The translations under genes and the position numbers were made by a program. A stretch of DNA of 64,000 nt, from the NCBI GenBank assembly GCA_964016885.1, contig OZ024750.1, forward strand, positions 16,616,001 to 16,680,000. The letters are read 5' to 3'. This document shows, piece after piece, positions 59,965-64,000 of this stretch; positions within the stretch are counted from its first letter, which is position 1; each line of letters starts with the position of its first letter. Origin of the DNA: Eledone cirrhosa. Taxonomy: Eukaryota. Below the pieces are notes generated by a model. The model was not told the origin of the DNA and made no database searches. It was given only the letters and a program-made list of their open reading frames with translations.

Positions 59965-60865
59965 AACAACAACTATTGTAAGAACAACAACAACCAAGGC
60001 CACTACAACAACAACAACAACAACAACAACCAAAGCCACTACAACAACAACAATAACAACAACCAAAGCCACTACAACAACAACAACAACTAAAGCCACT
60101 AGAACAATAACAGTGATAACAACAACAATAACTAAAGCCACAACAACAACAACAACAACAACTAAAGCTACTAGAACAACAACAGTGATAACAACAGCAA
60201 CAATGACGAACACTACGACAGTAACAGCAGCAACAACAATATCAATAATAACATCCACGACAACTACAACAGCAACAGCTACAACCATGATAAGAATAGC
60301 AAATACAGCAACCACCACCACCACCACCAACACCAACACCAACACCACCACTACCACCACATCTACCGCCAACACTACTAATATCATCACCACCACCAAC
60401 ACCACCACTACCACCACATCTGCCGCCACCACTACTAATACCATCACCACCACCAACACCACCACTACCACCACATCTACCGCCACCACTACTAATACCA
60501 CCAGCACCATCACCAATACCACCACTACCACCACATCTACCACCACCACTACTAACACCACCACCACTACTAACACCACTACTAATACCATCACCACCAC
60601 CACTACCACCACATCTACCACCACCACTACTAACACCACCACCACTACTAACACCACTACTAACACCATCACCACCACCAATACCACCACTACCACCACA
60701 TCTACCACCACCACTACTAATACCACCAGCACCATCACCAACACCACCACTACCACCATAATCTACCACCACCACTACTAACACCACCACCACTACTAAC
60801 ACCATCACCACCACCAATACCACCACTACCACCAAATTTACCACCACCACCACCACCACCAATAC
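59965..60865. repeat. (CAA)n/(CAC)n compound minisatellite
   Basis: Directly visible trinucleotide-derived units. Confidence 0.9.
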
Positions 60866-61216
60866 CCCCCCCCACCCACACCACCAACAACAACAATAAC
60901 AAACAACAAAAACAATAAATTAATTATCAATCAATCCATGCTAATTAAACAGTCAACTGGATGAAGATTGTCATGGCTGTTGTTTTATCTTTTCGCATCT
61001 AATTTTTCAACTTCCACCTCTTACACCCACACCCACACACCACACACACACACACCACACACCACACACACACACATCACGCGCGTGCGCACACACACGC
61101 ACACACACACCGCACACATATATTAACACACAAACACACACACATATTCACATTCACATACATCACACAACAATCACAAACGCCCACACCACATTATCAA
61201 ACCTCCTTTCCATATA

Positions 61217-61256
<40 letters not shown>

Positions 61257-61280
61257 TATGCATATATATATAGATGTATA

Positions 61281-61352
<72 letters not shown>

Positions 61353-61415
61353 AATGTGTGTCATTTTATTCAATAATATATATATATACATATATATATA
61401 TGCACACACACACAC

Positions 61416-61446
<31 letters not shown>

Positions 61447-61449
61447 CAT

Positions 61450-61511
<62 letters not shown>

Positions 61512-61584
61512 GCTCTCACACACACCGTCAGACGATCCTCTCCCCACCAAACACACTACATCACCTGGCCTTCCTCCCTCTCCC

Positions 61585-61626
<42 letters not shown>

Positions 61627-62043
61627 TACACACCACATTTAGCAGACGACCTCGTCTCCCTACATACACCTCCATCGTTGGTGTATAATTAGAATGAAAC
61701 AGTTTGTGTAATAAATCTGTCGCCCAACCATATCAGCCACCAAACAGCCAGACGACATACACTCTCTACCTTTACTAACTATTACTACGTAATAAAACAG
61801 TCGGATTCTCATCAATGGACGAACAGTCTGTCTGTCTGTCAGTCTGTCTGTCTCTCTCACTTACTCTCTCCCCCCCCCTCTCTCTCTCTCTCTCACTTCC
61901 TCTCTCACTCTCTTCCAATTATTTTTCTTTTAATCTATCTTTCCCACTCCTCAATCGTTCTCTCCGTGTACTCTAGGAGTGACTCATATGCATGTGTGTA
62001 TATATATATAAGTATATATACATATATATATATATATATATAC

Positions 62044-62435
<392 letters not shown>

Positions 62436-63244
62436 CGTGGGCTTTAAACACTGCAAGATCCATGGTCTTTCGTGAGTTTACAGCCCAATTATTCCCCGCG
62501 CTTCTGTTGGAATCTACTAGACGGCGCTGACCGTCAGCCTTCTATTCATAGCTGGGCTTTCAAAGTGTTTACTTATTAAACATACCGGATATCATTAGAT
62601 ATACGAAATTCACATAAATGTATGTATACAGCTATGTCGAAGCTAAATTTTAATTATATATATTCCAAATTCCCCTCAAATCACACGATACTGTCTTGAA
62701 ATAGAGACACATTAGAAAATGTAGTCCTAGGTAGACAATATACAATACCACCACCAATACTACTACCTCCACAAATATCACTACTACCACCACCACCGAT
62801 AACAGCAACAACAACAGCTACTACAACTGCTATTAAAAGTATAACTATTATAACTACCACCTCAGTTACTACTACTAAAACTGCAATTACACCCACTACC
62901 CAAACTACTACGAATAGAGCCCCTACCTATTCCACCACCATCCTCAATACCCCACCACGTCACCAATACCACCATCGCTACCATAAAAATACCAGCAGCA
63001 CCCCCACCACAATTTCCATGATGGCGGAATGTGACAATATCAAAACTGATTAACAACGACAATTTGAACAAAATTGAAAAATGAAGAAAGGTTGTGTCAG
63101 ATCTCGTTTCCCCACGAGATTTCGTATTAAGTCTCGTCTTTCGAATGAATGACAAAAATGTTATTGTTGGTTTTTCGGTTGAAGATTCGTAATTTTTAAA
63201 ACTATACTTGTTGTTGCAATTGTTGTTAACAGTAGTGATGGATG

Positions 63245-63543
63245 CAGAGTCGTAACTAGGGTATGGCAAGCATGGCTCGTGCCATGGGCGTCACATGAAG
63301 GGGGCGCCACTTGGACTAAGAGCACGTTCTATTAAAGTAAAATAAGCCATGTGGGAGAGTAAAAAAAAGAAACTTCTTCAAATGTATAATCTGTCTCTGT
63401 TTATCATGAGTGAGAACTCTATGGTGGCTGGATTATTAAACCATTTATATAAATTATTAGGCCCATAGGTAAAAATACAGTGCCGGGCAGGGGTGCAATT
63501 TCATTGCTTGCCATAGGCACTATTGTCCTTAGTTATGTCTCTG
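63245..63543. mobile_element. hAT-type MITE
   Basis: TIRs CAGAGTCGTAACTAGG/CTTAGTTATGTCTCTG, 8-bp TSD GATGGATG/GGTGGATG. Confidence 0.75.
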
Positions 63544-64000
63544 GGTGGATGGTAGTTATAGTGATGATGATGGTGATGGATTTCTGGTTGACAATTGTTA
63601 TAGTTGTTATTAACATCTCGTGATGGTAGTAGATATGATAACGATGATGGTGATGATGGCGATGATGATGATGATGATGATGGCTTCTTGAGTGAACATT
63701 CGTGATTTTAAAGCTATTGTCATCATCGTTGCTTTTCATCCTTACGGGGTCGATAAAATAAAGTACCAGTGACGCATTGGGGTCGATTTAATCGACTTTC
63801 CCATTCCCCAAAAATTGTTGGCCTTGTGCCTAAATCAGAAACCGTTATTACACGTTGTTGTTGTTGTTGTTGCTGTCCTTGTTGTCTAACTGTTGTTGTT
63901 GCTATTGTTGTTACTGTTATTGCTGCTACTGTTGTTACTGTTAGGTGGATTGGCAGTATCGGTAGGGGGTCGGACGCCATGCTTTGACGCATAGAGTTAC

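Overview
AT-rich, microsatellite-saturated eukaryotic DNA. The SINE, RTE and simple-repeat content suggests a coleoid cephalopod, probably Octopus (inference). The only host gene I can support is the last two coding exons of holocarboxylase synthetase (HLCS, + strand, 8975-9188 and 10913-11084). Almost all listed ORFs are microsatellite artefacts. The rest is tRNA-derived SINEs, hAT/piggyBac/Tc1-pogo MITEs, RTE, CRE and R4/Dong-like LINE fragments, and minisatellites. The main discovery is a set of about 10 sequence-unrelated families of short, mostly fold-back elements sitting in (TA)n tracts. They carry type I hammerhead ribozymes (canonical, minimal and atypical) and look like Penelope-like element (PLE) pseudo-LTR remnants. 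At least seven families (up to eight) share a tail hairpin, RCTC-stem-loop-stem'-2-nt bulge-GAGY, usually just beyond the inverted-repeat boundary. Its inner stems covary between families, so it is a candidate conserved cis-acting RNA element. All structures were read by eye and no searches were run.
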